DNA of 64,000 bases from Candidatus Omnitrophota bacterium (GCA_003154195.1 PMCS01000024.1:64028-128027), one strand, 5' to 3'. Positions 18,587 to 28,303 are shown, counted from the stretch's first letter. Notes: generated by a model not told the origin, from the sequence alone. Numbers and translations: made by a program.

Positions 18587-20491
18587 TTATTTCTCTTCTT
18601 TAAAATCCGCGTCAATCACGTCGTCTTTTTTATTTCCGTCGGGTTCTTCGCTTTGCTGCGGCTTTTCCGGCCCGGGCTGCTGCGCCCCGGCTCCGGCTCC
18701 TGCCCCGCCGCCGGCGGCCTGCTGTTTTGCCGCCGCCTGTTTATAAATTTCTTCGGCTAATTTATGCGATACCTTGGTTACTTCATCCATGCCTTTTTTG
18801 ATACGGTCGATATTTTTGTCTTTTACTGCCTGTTTTAAATCGTTAAGCGTCGATTCGATATTCGCACGTTCCTGCTGGGAAACTTTATCGCCGTAGTCCT
18901 TGAGCGATTTTTCCGTGGCATAGGTCAGCGTGTCGGCCTGGTTGATCACTTCGACTTCTTCTTTACGTTTGGTGTCTTCCCCGGCAAACTTTTCCGCTTC
19001 CTTGACCATTTTTTCGATTTCTTCTTTAGAGAGCTTTTTAGGAGCGGTTATGCGAATTGATTGCTCCTTGCCTGTCCCCAAGTCTTTTGCCGACACATGG
19101 ACGATGCCGTTGGCATCGATGTCAAAACTTACCTCGATTTGCGGCACGCCCCGGGGCGCCGGCGGTATTCCCACTAAATCAAACCGGCCCAATTCGACGT
19201 TTCCTTCGGCGTCGGCGATAGAACGTTCGCCCTGGATAACGCGTATCGTCACGGCATTCTGGTTGTCTGCGGCCGTCGAGAAGACCTGGCTTTTCTTTGT
19301 AGGAATAGTAGTATTACGGTCAATCAACTTCGTATTTACACCGCCCAGAGTTTCCAACCCCAGAGAAAGGGGGGTTACGTCTAAAAGCAATACATCTTTT
19401 GTCTCGCCGGTAATAATCGACGCCTGGATTGCCGCCCCCAGCGCCACGCATTCCATCGGATCAACCCCGCGTTCGATTTTTTTACCGACATAATCCTCAA
19501 GAAATTTCTGCACAATCGGCATACGGGTCGGGCCGCCGACCATAATGATGCGGTCGACGTCTTTCGCCGACAGCTTGGCGTCGGCCAGCGCCCCTTCCAT
19601 CGGTTTACGACAGCGGTCGATGATCGGCGCTACCAACTCTTCTAATTTTGCCCGGGTAATCGGCATCGCCATATGTTTGGGGCCGGTCGCGTCGGCCGTG
19701 ATGAACGGTAGATTAATATCAGTGCTGAGAGTGCTGGAAAGTTCTACTTTTGCTTTTTCCGCGGCTTCGCGCAAGCGTTGCACGGCCATACTGTCTTTGC
19801 TTAAGTCGATTCCGGTTTCTTTTTTAAACTGGTTGACGATATAACTGATCAGCGTATTGTCCATGTCGGTCCCGCCCAGCTGGGTGTCGCCGTTAGTGGA
19901 AAGAACCTTAAAGCCGCCCTCCGCCCACATTTCCATGATGGTAACATCAAGCGTTCCGCCGCCCAGGTCAAAAACCATGATTTTGAGTTCTTTGCCGACT
20001 TTGTCCAGGCCGTAAGCAAGACAGGCGGCGGTCGGTTCATTGATTATGCGCAATACTTTTAAGCCGGATATTTCTCCGGCGTCCTTGGTCGCCTGGCGCT
20101 GGTTGTCGTTAAAATACGCCGGGCAAGTGATGACCACTTCTTCCACCTTGTCGCCCAGGTAACTTTCCGCGTCCTGTTTGATTTTTTGCAGGATAAACGC
20201 GGAAATCTGCTGCGGCGTGTATTCCTTGCCATAAATTTTAAATTTATGGTCGGTTCCCATTTTGCGCTTGGCGGCATAAACAGTTCCGTCAGGGTTTATC
20301 GCCGCCTGGCGGCGCGCCGGCTCCCCGACTAATTTCTGCCCGTCCTTAGTAAAAGCGACAAAGGAAGGAAATGCTTTACCGCTGGCTACGCCCGCTCCTT
20401 CCGCCGAAGGAAGGATAACCGGCCTACCTGCTTCCATCACTGCCGCCGCCGAATTTGACGTTCCTAAATCGATACCGATTACTTTCGCCAT
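18587..20491 (-). CDS. dnaK: molecular chaperone DnaK (Hsp70)
   Basis: [28 protein letters not shown]; GGGAGG RBS; ATG at 20491. Confidence 0.98.
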   Translation of the reverse strand: MAKVIGIDLGTSNSAAAVMEAGRPVILPSAEGAGVASGKAFPSFVAFTKDGQKLVGEPARRQAAINPDGTVYAAKRKMGTDHKFKIYGKEYTPQQISAFILQKIKQDAESYLGDKVEEVVITCPAYFNDNQRQATKDAGEISGLKVLRIINEPTAACLAYGLDKVGKELKIMVFDLGGGTLDVTIMEMWAEGGFKVLSTNGDTQLGGTDMDNTLISYIVNQFKKETGIDLSKDSMAVQRLREAAEKAKVELSSTLSTDINLPFITADATGPKHMAMPITRAKLEELVAPIIDRCRKPMEGALADAKLSAKDVDRIIMVGGPTRMPIVQKFLEDYVGKKIERGVDPMECVALGAAIQASIITGETKDVLLLDVTPLSLGLETLGGVNTKLIDRNTTIPTKKSQVFSTAADNQNAVTIRVIQGERSIADAEGNVELGRFDLVGIPPAPRGVPQIEVSFDIDANGIVHVSAKDLGTGKEQSIRITAPKKLSKEEIEKMVKEAEKFAGEDTKRKEEVEVINQADTLTYATEKSLKDYGDKVSQQERANIESTLNDLKQAVKDKNIDRIKKGMDEVTKVSHKLAEEIYKQAAAKQQAAGGGAGAGAGAQQPGPEKPQQSEEPDGNKKDDVIDADFKEEK

Positions 20492-20610
20492 ATCAATCAA
20501 CCTCCCTTAATTTTTCCCGCCTTTGCGGGAAAAATTAACCCTGAGGCCGTAAGGCCGAAGGGTCTTATAAATATAGACTGCGTTTGAATACAAATATTCA
20601 AATCCGTGTT

Positions 20611-21243
20611 TTACGCTTCCCCTAATCCTTCGCCGTTATTCGTTTCGCCCGGCGCAATCTCTTCCGTCGGCGAGACACGTTTCTTGACACCGACGATCAC
20701 CTTGGCGGTCCGCAGTACTTTATCTTCCAGGAAATAACCTTTCTGGATCTCGTCGATCACAATATGCTCATTTTCATCTTCCGTTTCGACGCTGGCGGCA
20801 ATTTCATACAAATGGGGGTCGAATTTTTTTCCTTTCGCTTCAATTGTTTTTACCCCGCGTTTTTTTAATATGCCACCGAAGTTATTGTAAGTCATTTCAA
20901 TGCCCTGCGTTATCTTCTCAGCATCGGTATGCTCTTTCGCTATCTTAAGAGCCCGTTCCAGTTCATCCATAATAACCAGGATATCCCTCAACAGCGAACT
21001 TTCGGCAAATTTAATTATTTCTTCTTTTTCGCGTTCCCAGCGCTTACGGACATTTTCAAAATCGGCGCCGAGCCTTAAATATTTATTCCGGAGATCATCG
21101 TATTCTTCCCTGCTGATTTTCGCCTCATTTTTTACGCCGGAGCTTTCCGCCTCTTTTATTTCTTCCGCCGGCGGCGAATTCCGGGCTTCTTGATTCTTTT
21201 CTTCCTTGCGGTTGTTTTTATTGCTTGAGTTATTTTCTTTCAT
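20611..21243 (-). CDS. grpE: nucleotide exchange factor GrpE
   Basis: ADFENVRKR, FDPHLYE, QKGY..LRTAKVIV; between hrcA and dnaK. Confidence 0.95.
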   Translation of the reverse strand: MKENNSSNKNNRKEEKNQEARNSPPAEEIKEAESSGVKNEAKISREEYDDLRNKYLRLGADFENVRKRWEREKEEIIKFAESSLLRDILVIMDELERALKIAKEHTDAEKITQGIEMTYNNFGGILKKRGVKTIEAKGKKFDPHLYEIAASVETEDENEHIVIDEIQKGYFLEDKVLRTAKVIVGVKKRVSPTEEIAPGETNNGEGLGEA

Positions 21244-21971
21244 AACTCTCCGACCAGCGATTTAAGTTGATTTTTTATCCCGTAAATGTAAGAAGCGGCT
21301 TTTTCATAATTCATGCGCATCGGCCCAAGTAATCCCAGCGAAAAAGAGATTCCTTGTTCCTTTTCGCCTAACAGCACCAGTGAACAATTCGATATTTCGT
21401 CGCACCCGATCTCGTCGCCGATGAGAATTTTTACATGTTCATCGGCGCAGTGAAAAAGTAGATACTCCAACTCCCCGATTTTTACATCGAGAGCGTAAAA
21501 CAATTGTTTTAGTTTTACGATATCTTCGAACTCCGGCTGTTCCAGCATGAAACGCGCGCCGCGGGAAACAAACCTTTTGTTTTTACCGAAAATTGCCGCC
21601 AGAGAAATGCAGCCGCTTGCTTTCGCCAAGAAATCAAGTGTATCGCTCAATACTTCGTTAAAGCCGCAATTAGCCGGTATGGTAAATTCCACGGGATATT
21701 TATGCACCATTTCTTCTTCTTTCAGGCATTCCACGTAAAGCGTAAAGCCTTTCTGCGTAGGGATCCTGCCGGACGAAGTATGCGGATGAGAAAGATAGTT
21801 TTTTTCTTCGAGTGTTTCCATCACCAGCCTTACCGTTGCCGGAGAATACCCAAGATGGTACTTTTCACACAGGTAATTCGAGCCTATCGGCTTAGATTCT
21901 TCCACATAGCTCTCAATTACAAGTTTGAGTATTTCTTTTTCCCGTTCTTTACTGTCAACAGTTCTCGGCAT
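21240..21971 (-). CDS. hrcA: heat-inducible transcription repressor HrcA (short form)
   Basis: SPATVR..PHTSSGRIPT winged helix and C-terminal GLLGPMRMNY; CIRCE upstream. Confidence 0.92.
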   Translation of the reverse strand: MPRTVDSKEREKEILKLVIESYVEESKPIGSNYLCEKYHLGYSPATVRLVMETLEEKNYLSHPHTSSGRIPTQKGFTLYVECLKEEEMVHKYPVEFTIPANCGFNEVLSDTLDFLAKASGCISLAAIFGKNKRFVSRGARFMLEQPEFEDIVKLKQLFYALDVKIGELEYLLFHCADEHVKILIGDEIGCDEISNCSLVLLGEKEQGISFSLGLLGPMRMNYEKAASYIYGIKNQLKSLVGEL

Positions 21972-21987
21972 ATTGGCTCTTGTTTTA

Positions 21988-22014
21988 TCAGCGCTCTCGA
22001 TTTAAGAGTGCTAA
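21988..22014 (-). promoter_or_regulatory. CIRCE operator
   Basis: Minus strand TTAGCACTC-N9-GAGCGCTGA versus consensus TTAGCACTC-N9-GAGTGCTAA. Confidence 0.92.
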
Positions 22015-22016
22015 GT

Positions 22017-22044
22017 ATTGTAACATATTATACTTTCGCGTCAA
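22017..22044 (-). promoter_or_regulatory. sigma70-type promoter of the hrcA operon
   Basis: TTGACG-N16-TACAAT with a TGn extension, immediately upstream of the CIRCE. Confidence 0.75.
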
Positions 22045-22082
22045 TATCTACCCGGATGCGATAACTTAACGGCAATTAATAA

Positions 22083-22216
22083 GGGAATTGGGGTATCGGG
22101 AAATTAGGATTTGGATATTAGGGTGTTGGGGGATTTGGCTCTCGGTTATCGCCTCCTTGGCATTTTCCCCAATCTTCCAATTTTCCAATCCCGATATCCC
22201 GATCTCCTGATGTCCC
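22083..22216. repeat. imperfect palindrome with ~8-bp-periodic arms
   Basis: Left arm GGAATTGG/GGTATCGG/GAAATTAG-type units; right arm CCAATCTT/CCAATTTT/CCGATATC-type units. Confidence 0.6.
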
Positions 22217-22242
22217 ATGCAGCATCCCTATACGTAAATTTA

Positions 22243-22593
22243 TTATAACTCGTCCTGATCCTGCCCGGTTTTTTTTTGCTTACGCAGGTGCCTTTCCACT
22301 TTGTACTTTATTTTTCCCAACTGCCGGGAAAGCGCGGCGAAAGATTGATTTATTGTTTTTGAAAATTTACTTGAACAGCTATCCGCCTTCACTATTCTCG
22401 AAGGCATATACAAATGCGCCCGGCAAAAATATTGCTCACGGTGCGGATTTTTTTCAATATGGACAGACAGGTGCACCGAGTCATTGTCGCGAAACATCTG
22501 TATCCTTCGCTCGATTTTTTCAATGTCTTTATCCAGGATATTATTAATCAATTCGCTTTTTTCCATATACTTGAACGACACATCAACCCGCAT
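22243..22593 (-). CDS. HPF/RaiA family ribosome-associated protein
   Basis: Size and pattern (VSFKYME..DIEKIERR..INQSFAALSRQLGKIK) fit the ribosomal S30AE fold. Confidence 0.65.
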   Translation of the reverse strand: MRVDVSFKYMEKSELINNILDKDIEKIERRIQMFRDNDSVHLSVHIEKNPHREQYFCRAHLYMPSRIVKADSCSSKFSKTINQSFAALSRQLGKIKYKVERHLRKQKKTGQDQDEL

Positions 22594-22638
22594 GTTACCC
22601 CCCTCTTTTTTTGCCGCAAAAGCACCAAGACACTAAAA

Positions 22639-22878
22639 TTATAGAATCACAATGAAATTACCGACAACTAAACTGTTGCCCTTTTCGGCAATGAAATCTC
22701 TCACTTTAGCTGTTAATTCTACCTCGATTTTTTTATCTTTCAACCTTTCTCTTAACTGCTCCGGCTGGATGCCGGCAATCGCAGAGATCTGTTCCAAATC
22801 CAGAGAGTTGAATAAAATAATCTCATTGAGCCGGTTGATGAATTCCGACCGGAAGTATTTTTTTATTTCTTCCCTCAA
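22639..22878 (-). pseudogene. fragment of the ClpB/ClpC C-terminal (D2-small) domain
   Basis: FRSEFINRLNEIILFNSL..IAEKG resembles the Clp FRPEFLNRxDxxxxF motif; no AAA domains present. Confidence 0.75.
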
Positions 22879-22933
22879 TGGTGATTATTCTTTTTTCCTA
22901 TGGTATAATCGAAATTGAGAGGGTACACCTTAT

Positions 22934-23368
22934 ATGAGAAAACTCGATAAATCGATGTGGGAAACCGGAGATGAGGTAAAGCAGGATGGCGTACTGCCGA
23001 ATGTCGTCGCGGTAGACGTCAATAAAAAATATATCCTTATCACCTGTTCCCTTCTTTTAGTATTAATCATTCTGCTGGCTATTTTCGGCCAAAAAATTTT
23101 CCGGCTGCCGCTTACCAAACGCGCGCCCAGGGAAAACCAGTCCGATTCCCCGCAGCCGGCGGTGGAAGAACCATGGTGGAAAAAAAATCCACGGGACTTG
23201 GGGCAAGATACCTGGGAAAAAAGCCGATATCGTCTCCCGACAAATGACCCCGGCGAAAAAATGATCCGTGGTTTAGACAGGCAAATCCAAGAAGAAAAAG
23301 ATTTAGAAAATAGGATGAAAGCAAAAGAACAAATGGATCGCCTGAAAGAACAAAGACAGAAGTGGTAA
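22934..23368 (+). CDS. hypothetical single-TM protein
   Basis: TGGTATAAT -10 and GAGAGG RBS upstream; one TM helix, charged C-terminus. Confidence 0.65.
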   Translation: MRKLDKSMWETGDEVKQDGVLPNVVAVDVNKKYILITCSLLLVLIILLAIFGQKIFRLPLTKRAPRENQSDSPQPAVEEPWWKKNPRDLGQDTWEKSRYRLPTNDPGEKMIRGLDRQIQEEKDLENRMKAKEQMDRLKEQRQKW

Positions 23369-23478
23369 TCGGAAAATTACCGATGACATAACCATCCTTA
23401 CAGTTGGCAAGCTCCCGTGTAATTAGAAATCAAAAAAAGATACGCGAAATCAACCCCGGAAACAAAAGCGCCCGCCTC

Positions 23479-25356
23479 TTACTCTCTTTTAATAACTACG
23501 CTTTCGTCCATCGCGCGTTCGATATTCAGAAGTGAAATTTTAAAGCCGGCGTATCCCGCGGCCGGTATCGTCGTTTCTTTAAAATGATACCGGACATCTT
23601 GCCTGACCACTCGGTCGTCGACCTTGTATCGAACGGTTACGCTTACGCGGGGCGACGATAAATTCAAATCCGGCGGCAGATATTCTACCCTAAATCCCTT
23701 AGGGATAATATATTCGTTTATACAAATTTCTTTCCATTCCCCATAAAGCCGCAGGGGGTATTTACGATTTTTATCGTTAAACGAGCCGGTCAGGTTTACC
23801 GCGGTATTTCCCAGAATCATTATTTTACCTAACGGTTTAAGATAACGCGGGTTGAATGATTTCGAGACAATAACAATCGGCTCGTATTCGTTATTTTTTC
23901 CTTTTATTTTATATTTTATGAGTTTTCCTCCCTGGGTCATGTTTTCTATACGGTCAAAAAAATCTTTTTTTGATTTCCGGCTGGCAAGCTTAAAGTACTC
24001 ACGTATTTCAATCGAAGCCCGGCGGTCAAGGATTTCTTTCCCTTTTATTATCGCGGAGCCGTCAGGTTTTAAATAAAAATGATTTACTTCAATATTTGTT
24101 TTTTGCGCGATATTCATAAAGGGAAGCTGGATGATCCGCCCCCCCTTTGCGTTGACAATCAAAACATATTCTTTTTCCAGGTTTGCCGGGATTTCGTTGG
24201 GCTTATACCCTTTTACCAGCGGATCGACAAAAAATAATTTATTGCCGATTTTAACCGCCGCGATGAGATGATAGAAATAATCCGTTGACGGCAATAATTG
24301 ACGGATATCGCCCTGTTCGGATTGGTGTACTAAAGCCGGGTACACTTCGATGCCGGCTTGCTTAAGCATGGTAATGAGCAAAACCGTATAGTCTTTACAA
24401 TCGCCCAGTTTATCGTTGAACACCTCATCCGCCGGGTGAGGCTGAAAATCGTGATCGTCTAAATTCATCGCGACATAACGGAAATTATCGTGGATATATT
24501 TTGAAATCGCCATAATTTTAGCCGTCGCCGTGGTTTTATTTTTTGTGATTTTTTTTACGGTTTCGTCGATTGCTTTGCTGATTATAATATTGCCAGAAAA
24601 TTTTTCTCCATACCAGCGCGCGAATTGATCCCAGTCTTTCATGGTAGAAATACTCAAGAAAGGCAAGCATTCGATCAAAGGAGGGAGATTTTCTTCCCGG
24701 CTGAGCTTCTCGTCATAAAGTTGGTCGTCTTTGAATTCCCAGCGGTAAACAACCTTTTTACCGTTTCGGGTAATAACCGGCTCAGGCGGGTTGTTTATCG
24801 GTTTAAAGAAAAGTTTTAAATCCTGCGGCACGGCCAATTCCTCAACCGTATGTTTTTGCGGCGCGGCCGCATAAAAAGCAAGTAAGTCGGAGTATTCGCC
24901 GGAAACCGGCCCGTAACGGTTGAATTTTTCGGCATAGAAATAAATGGTGCACCCGGGAATAACATTGTTCATGGTAATAATTTTTTTCCGATAATCCGAA
25001 TATTCTCCTTCTTTTGACGTTCCGATATCCTGGATGATTTTAGGAAAATATTTTTCCCCGTCGGCAGTCACCAGATACGCTTCAATCTTTTTTATTACCT
25101 GCCTTTTTTTGTTATAGCCGACGGCGATTTCGCCGTAGCCTTTCGCGTTTTCCTTCTGGATGCGTTTTATCCAGCGCATGGATTTTGTGTATGAACCGCC
25201 CTTGTTTAATTCTGTCGCCGATGAGGAATAGACGACGATCGCGGCTTCATCGCGGTGCTTTTCATCCCAGGCGTCGCGGCTGTCGCCATGATTTTGCGCG
25301 TAAGCGTTAAAAACCAGTAAATTAAATATGGCAAAGGCGATAAAATTTTTTCTCAT
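23479..25356 (-). CDS. secreted DUF3857 + transglutaminase-like domain protein
   Basis: Signal peptide; catalytic triad GDCKD / YHLI / FVDP. Confidence 0.9.
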   Translation of the reverse strand: MRKNFIAFAIFNLLVFNAYAQNHGDSRDAWDEKHRDEAAIVVYSSSATELNKGGSYTKSMRWIKRIQKENAKGYGEIAVGYNKKRQVIKKIEAYLVTADGEKYFPKIIQDIGTSKEGEYSDYRKKIITMNNVIPGCTIYFYAEKFNRYGPVSGEYSDLLAFYAAAPQKHTVEELAVPQDLKLFFKPINNPPEPVITRNGKKVVYRWEFKDDQLYDEKLSREENLPPLIECLPFLSISTMKDWDQFARWYGEKFSGNIIISKAIDETVKKITKNKTTATAKIMAISKYIHDNFRYVAMNLDDHDFQPHPADEVFNDKLGDCKDYTVLLITMLKQAGIEVYPALVHQSEQGDIRQLLPSTDYFYHLIAAVKIGNKLFFVDPLVKGYKPNEIPANLEKEYVLIVNAKGGRIIQLPFMNIAQKTNIEVNHFYLKPDGSAIIKGKEILDRRASIEIREYFKLASRKSKKDFFDRIENMTQGGKLIKYKIKGKNNEYEPIVIVSKSFNPRYLKPLGKIMILGNTAVNLTGSFNDKNRKYPLRLYGEWKEICINEYIIPKGFRVEYLPPDLNLSSPRVSVTVRYKVDDRVVRQDVRYHFKETTIPAAGYAGFKISLLNIERAMDESVVIKRE

Positions 25357-26099
25357 AGCGTTTTTTTACGCGCGAACACTTTAGCCGCTAACTCTTCCTG
25401 TTTCATCATAGCATAAGACCCCGATCCCAATTCCCCAATGCCTAAACCGCCGATGCGTATACGCTTTAATTCGACGACGCCAAAGCCCAGGCCGGAGAAA
25501 AGGCGGCGCAAATGCCGTTTTTTTCCTTCGGCGGTTACGACTTTCAGAAGGCTGGTTTTTTCATTATGTTCCAGCACTTTGATACGCCTGACCTTCAGGT
25601 TATCGCCATCATCCTCCACCCCCCTGCGCGCTTTTTCACATTCCCCGGCGCCGAAATCACCGATTACCCGGACAAGATATTCTTTTTCGATCTCAAATTT
25701 AGGATGGGTGAGCCGATAGCAGAAATCTCCGTCATTAGTCATGATTATCAGCCCGGTGGAATTTTTATCCAGCCGCCCCACCGGATAAATCCCCTGTTCC
25801 CGGAGGTCCGGCGGAAAAAAATCGACGATCAATTTTTCCGCGAACCGGTCTTCCCGCGTCGAAGTCACGCCTTTAGGTTTATTAAAAATAAGGTACACGT
25901 GATTCTTCAGCTGGATTGTTTTCGCTTCGACCTTCACGATATCTGTTTCCGATACGCGGTAATACGGCTGGACAACTACCTGCCCGTTAACGCTGACTTT
26001 GCCGCCGGCGATCAGTTCGTCGGCTTTCCGGCGCGAGGCAATGCCGCTTTTGGCGACATAAAGGCTGAGGCGGATGACAGGTTCGGTAGGATTGCTCAT
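25353..26099 (-). CDS. rluB: rRNA pseudouridine synthase, RsuA/RluB family
   Basis: S4 domain (SRRKAD), NKPKG, catalytic GRLD. The exact family member is uncertain. Confidence 0.85.
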   Translation of the reverse strand: MSNPTEPVIRLSLYVAKSGIASRRKADELIAGGKVSVNGQVVVQPYYRVSETDIVKVEAKTIQLKNHVYLIFNKPKGVTSTREDRFAEKLIVDFFPPDLREQGIYPVGRLDKNSTGLIIMTNDGDFCYRLTHPKFEIEKEYLVRVIGDFGAGECEKARRGVEDDGDNLKVRRIKVLEHNEKTSLLKVVTAEGKKRHLRRLFSGLGFGVVELKRIRIGGLGIGELGSGSYAMMKQEELAAKVFARKKTL

Positions 26100-26404
26100 T
26101 AAAAATATTTTACCACGAAGGCGCGAAGAACACGAATAAAAACAAATACTTTTTATCCACAGATTTCGCTGACTGCCGCAGATGAATACAAAGGATAACG
26201 CTAATCATGCGAATGGCAAAAAATACAGATAAGGTCTTCACCACGAATTAACACGGATAAGATATGGTATAAGAAACTGAAAAACACTAACATCATTCGA
26301 CAAGACCGCCGCCTGCCCGCCGTCTTTTGTTTTTGGCGGGAACCGCCTGCGCGCAAATCAGGCCGCGGTTCAGGTCGGCTGGATTTGATGGTTATGCACT
26401 TGAT

Positions 26405-26665
26405 ATTTTCCTCGTCTTCTGCCCAGGCAGCGGGATTATTGGTAATGTATTCACGGATTTTCCGCAGAGATTTTTCGTTTCTAATTATGTGGTCATAAAA
26501 CGAGCGCTGCCATTTGAATTTATGGCCATTGTCCGTTATTTTATTGATTTCCCCGAACCATTCGTGTTTATTTTCGGTGCAGGCGGTGACGTAATAGTGA
26601 TTTGATCGGGTATAATTGTATCCCGATAAACATATATTCGTTTTGCGTGTTAATATTTTTGTCAT
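26405..26665 (-). pseudogene. REP-associated tyrosine transposase (RAYT, Y1_Tnp) remnant with internal deletion
   Basis: N-terminal GYNYT..YYVTACT..FGEI joined directly to C-terminal WQRSFYDHIIRNE..IREYITNNP; the HUH core is missing. Confidence 0.8.
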
Positions 26666-26682
26666 TTTTTATTTGGTATTTG

Positions 26683-26712
26683 GTATCGGACAGGCCTTAG
26701 GCCTGTCACTAC
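26683..26712 (-). repeat. GTAG-type REP palindrome
   Basis: Minus strand GTAGT-GACAGGCCT-A-AGGCCTGTC-CGATAC just upstream of the RAYT remnant. Confidence 0.7.
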
Positions 26713-26935
26713 ACATTTTTTATTTTTGGAATTTATTTATTTTTTGCATAACAATTAATATACGACAGTCGTATATCATGGGGTTTTTGTCAAGATTATG
26801 GGAATCGGATATAAAATAACATTTTTCCCGGAGTTTCAGGAATTTCTTCGCTTCTGAAGCGTTTCCCATAAGGCAGGGGGCGTTACCGCAAAAAGGTACA
26901 TATAGACGGGTGAAATGGCCGCGGGGTTCCTGTTT

Positions 26936-28303
26936 CTATGTTTTGCTAATTGAGCCGAAGACTTTCTCCTTTTTTATTTCTTCAATGGTTACCGGATAAA
27001 TCTTCCCCAACTCTACCTTCGCTTTAGTATATACCTTAATATAATTTTGCGTATAGCCGCAGGTATAGCCCCCGTCGGTTTCTTCCGCCACCATCGCCAA
27101 TTCTTTCCCGATAAACTTTTTATAATATTCATCGGCTAAATTCCGGCAGAGCCCGTTTAAAACGGTGAAGCGTTTTTTAAGTTCGTCCCGGTTTTTAACG
27201 ACGGTTTTTTCGTAAGCGGTTTTCTCGCGCGGGGAAAAAGTAAAAATATGCGTCCGCATCGGTTTGACACGCTTGATGAATTCTACGGTATTTCTAAATT
27301 CTTTTTCCCCTTCCGCAGGAAAACCGATAAGGATGTCGCAGGTTATCGCGATATCGGAATCGACCACGCGCGCCGCGTTTACTAAATTTTCGTACAAGGC
27401 AACAGTTTCTTTTTTATTCATCGCGTTCAACACCCGGTCGTCTCCCGATTGAAACGGAAGATGCAAATGCGGGCATAATTTCGGATGGCGGAACAACGAA
27501 AGAAGGCCGTCGGTTACCAGCCCCGGTTCAAGAGAGGTCAGGCGCAACCTCCCTAAATCAGGAATTTTTAAGATTTCGCGCGTTAATCCCCCCAGAGATG
27601 ACCGGGGCAAGAGGTCTTTTCCGTAAAGCGCCAGGTTTACCCCACAAAGGACGATTTCCCGGTGTTTTGAGGCAAGGCGGCGCGCCTCTTCGATTACCTC
27701 ATCGTATGGCCGGCTTATCGAGCGGCCGCGGATATGGGGAACCTTGCAAAAAGAGCAAAAATTATCGCAGCCGTCCTGGATTTTTAAAAAAGCGCGCTGG
27801 TTGAAAAACCCGGATATTTTTAACGACCAGATGTTTGACGATACCGTTGAGCCCGTTTGGCCCGTTAAGCCCGTTGAGACTGTTGGGTCCGTTTTGCCTG
27901 TTGAGCCGGTCCCCTTAGGGGAGGCTCCGCTTCGCTCCGCACTTTGGCCGATTATACCCGTTGAATTAGTTTTTTTATCCGTTCCTAAAATAATATTCGC
28001 AAGGTTGTATTTCTCGGCCTGAGGGACGATCCAGTCGACGCCCAATTTCGCTACGTAGTCCTTGTTCAGTTGGGCGAGGCAGCCGCAAACCGCGATTTGA
28101 GCCTTGGAGTTTTCTTTTTTTGCCCTTAAAATCAACTCGCGGGATTTGGAATCGGCTTTAGCGGTGACGCTGCAGGTATTAATAACGTAAAGATCGGCCT
28201 TACCCTGCGTAGTTTCACAGCCGTAACTGCGGAAATCTTCCGCCAGCGCTTGCGTTTCGTACTGGTTGACCTTACAGCCGAGCGTGTAAAATTTTACTTT
28301 CAT
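26936..28303 (-). CDS. mtaB: tRNA t6A37 methylthiotransferase MtaB
   Basis: TLGCKVNQYET, NTCSVT, radical-SAM CDNFCSFC; carries an in-frame repeat insertion. Confidence 0.93.
   Translation of the reverse strand: MKVKFYTLGCKVNQYETQALAEDFRSYGCETTQGKADLYVINTCSVTAKADSKSRELILRAKKENSKAQIAVCGCLAQLNKDYVAKLGVDWIVPQAEKYNLANIILGTDKKTNSTGIIGQSAERSGASPKGTGSTGKTDPTVSTGLTGQTGSTVSSNIWSLKISGFFNQRAFLKIQDGCDNFCSFCKVPHIRGRSISRPYDEVIEEARRLASKHREIVLCGVNLALYGKDLLPRSSLGGLTREILKIPDLGRLRLTSLEPGLVTDGLLSLFRHPKLCPHLHLPFQSGDDRVLNAMNKKETVALYENLVNAARVVDSDIAITCDILIGFPAEGEKEFRNTVEFIKRVKPMRTHIFTFSPREKTAYEKTVVKNRDELKKRFTVLNGLCRNLADEYYKKFIGKELAMVAEETDGGYTCGYTQNYIKVYTKAKVELGKIYPVTIEEIKKEKVFGSISKT

Noticed and set aside
18930-19844. 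Long plus-strand ORFs antisense to dnaK (and similar shadows over accD, dnaE, guaA and others)
   Set aside because: Typical antisense shadow frames of conserved genes, with no motifs or RBS.
26201-26404. C-terminal part of the 154-aa ORF as protein coding
   Set aside because: Homology to RAYT ends near WAEDEEN; the remainder is read-through across palindromic repeats.
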